Shown here: one piece after another, positions 62,710-64,000 of the stretch
Position numbering within the stretch: the first letter of the stretch is position 1
Layout: each line of letters starts with the position of its first letter
Assembly: GCF_003704095.1 (NCBI RefSeq)
Contig: NW_020844538.1
Location: 372,001-436,000, forward strand
DNA length: 64,000 nt
Source of the DNA: Pocillopora damicornis
Taxonomy: Eukaryota
Reading direction: 5' to 3'
The notes under the pieces: model-generated
Told to the model about the DNA's origin: nothing
What the model saw: the letters and a program-made list of their open reading frames with translations, nothing else
Database searches by the model: none
Program-made: the position numbers and the translations under genes

Positions 62710-63740
62710 GCCAAAGGATTCCCTGAACCGCTTCATGAGCCTTTTGTTCCAGACCCGAAGACGGGAATGCCGTCTGATAAGGATTGCGCAAAGTTTGTGT
62801 GGTCAGATTACTATTTGACCGAAGCTACCAGTGTTGCTTTCCAAAATTTGTATAACAATACCGATGGTTTGTTGGATAGCTGGGCGGCCTTCTGGGCTAA
62901 AACTGCCGCGGAGTTTAAAAGTTTCTCCAATGTTATTGGCTACGAGCTTATCAATGAGCCCTGGGCCGGGGACATCTACGCAAATCCGCTGCTTATTGTT
63001 CCAAAAGTAGCAGATAAAATGAACTTAGCTCCCGTCTACGAAGTTCTGAGTAAAGCTATCCGACAGCACGATGAAGAACACTGCATCTTCTTCGAAGGAA
63101 TAACTTGGGATGACTTTGGCGTCGGTTTCGACACCGTACCAGGCGGAGAGTTGTATCGAAACAGGAGCGTACTCAGCTATCATTACTACATCCCCCCTTC
63201 TCTAGCCCTGATCGAAAATTTCGGGGCGCGGAAAAAAGATCTAGAGAGGTTAAAATGCGGAGGAATGATGACGGAGTTTCTGACCAGTGCAGGAGAGATT
63301 GAGCCTATGTTTAAAACCATGGACGCTGCTGATATGTACCTTCAGTCGTGGATTGGGTGGGAGTATAAAGCGTACCACCCCTCCCGTCCTAACCTGAAAG
63401 GAAACAGGCGCTCTGCTTTGTGGAATGGGACAGGACTCGATCAAATTTATGTTCAAAACACAACTCGTACTTATCCCCAGGCCGTCGCAGGATATACTGT
63501 TAAATTCAGATTTGATTTGACCTCGAAAGAATTTGTTTTAGTTTATGAAGTATCTGAAACGTGTCACGCAACCGAATCTGTGGTATATTTGAACGAAGAG
63601 GTTCACTACCCATCCGGTTATACCGTGACTGTCACGCCATCCTCCGTAAAATGGTCCTCCGCGACAAAAAACATGCTCACTTTTAATCATCCTACATCTT
63701 TGCCGGTTGGGTCTATTGTGGCGATCACAATTAACAAAAA
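62710..63740 (+). CDS. Endoglycoceramidase-like glycoside hydrolase family 5 protein (partial, both ends in gaps)
   Basis: GH5 acid/base motif GYELINEPWAG, LSYHYY, nucleophile motif MMTEF, WIGWEYK, and RTYPQAVAG leading into the beta-sandwich typical of EGCases. Confidence 0.85.
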
Positions 63741-64000
63741 NNNNNNNNNNNNNNNNNNNNNNNNNNNNNNNNNNNNNNNNNNNNNNNNNNNNNNNNNNNN
63801 NNNNNNNNNNNNNNNNNNNNNNNNNNNNNNNNNNNNNNNNCTCTAAGCAAGAGATATCCACTGTGCTTATGAGATCATCTTCCTAACTTCTGACGGTGGG
63901 CGTATCAAAGCAATTCCGTTTGCAGAAGGGGCAATCAACATCTTCTCTCAGCCGAAAAAAAGTACGATTTCATCAACCTTGCCAATCGACTCCACCTGCT

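Overview
AT-rich, intron-containing animal genomic DNA from a gapped draft assembly. The repeat content (Penelope-like fragments, TTAA-MITEs, short palindromic elements) and gene content suggest a cnidarian, probably a scleractinian coral; this is an inference. Almost the whole window (0.1-60.7 kb) is a tandem cluster of secreted CAP-superfamily (SCP/TAPS, GAPR-1/PR-1-like) genes. Nine genes could be modelled, plus fragments of at least two further copies of gene 7 in a poorly assembled tandem duplication at about 26-47 kb. All share one exon plan: signal-peptide exon (phase 1), variable exon (phase 1), CAP-a exon ending in a split Trp codon (phase 2), then a CAP-b and tail exon. Most variable exons start with a conserved ~25-aa amphipathic beta-hairpin-like motif (h-x-h-x-G-x-G...NG-x-h-x-h-x-h) that I cannot assign to a named domain, followed by a paralog-specific low-complexity stalk. 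One minus-strand family member (51.8-54.6 kb) keeps the signal peptide, the hairpin and the C-terminal tail but has lost the CAP domain. It carries instead an elastomer-like GGLGAP(E/V) heptad array and an embedded cationic, possibly amidated amphipathic peptide. The window ends with a GH5 endoglycoceramidase-like ORF. All exon models were derived by hand from splice signals and reading-frame continuity.
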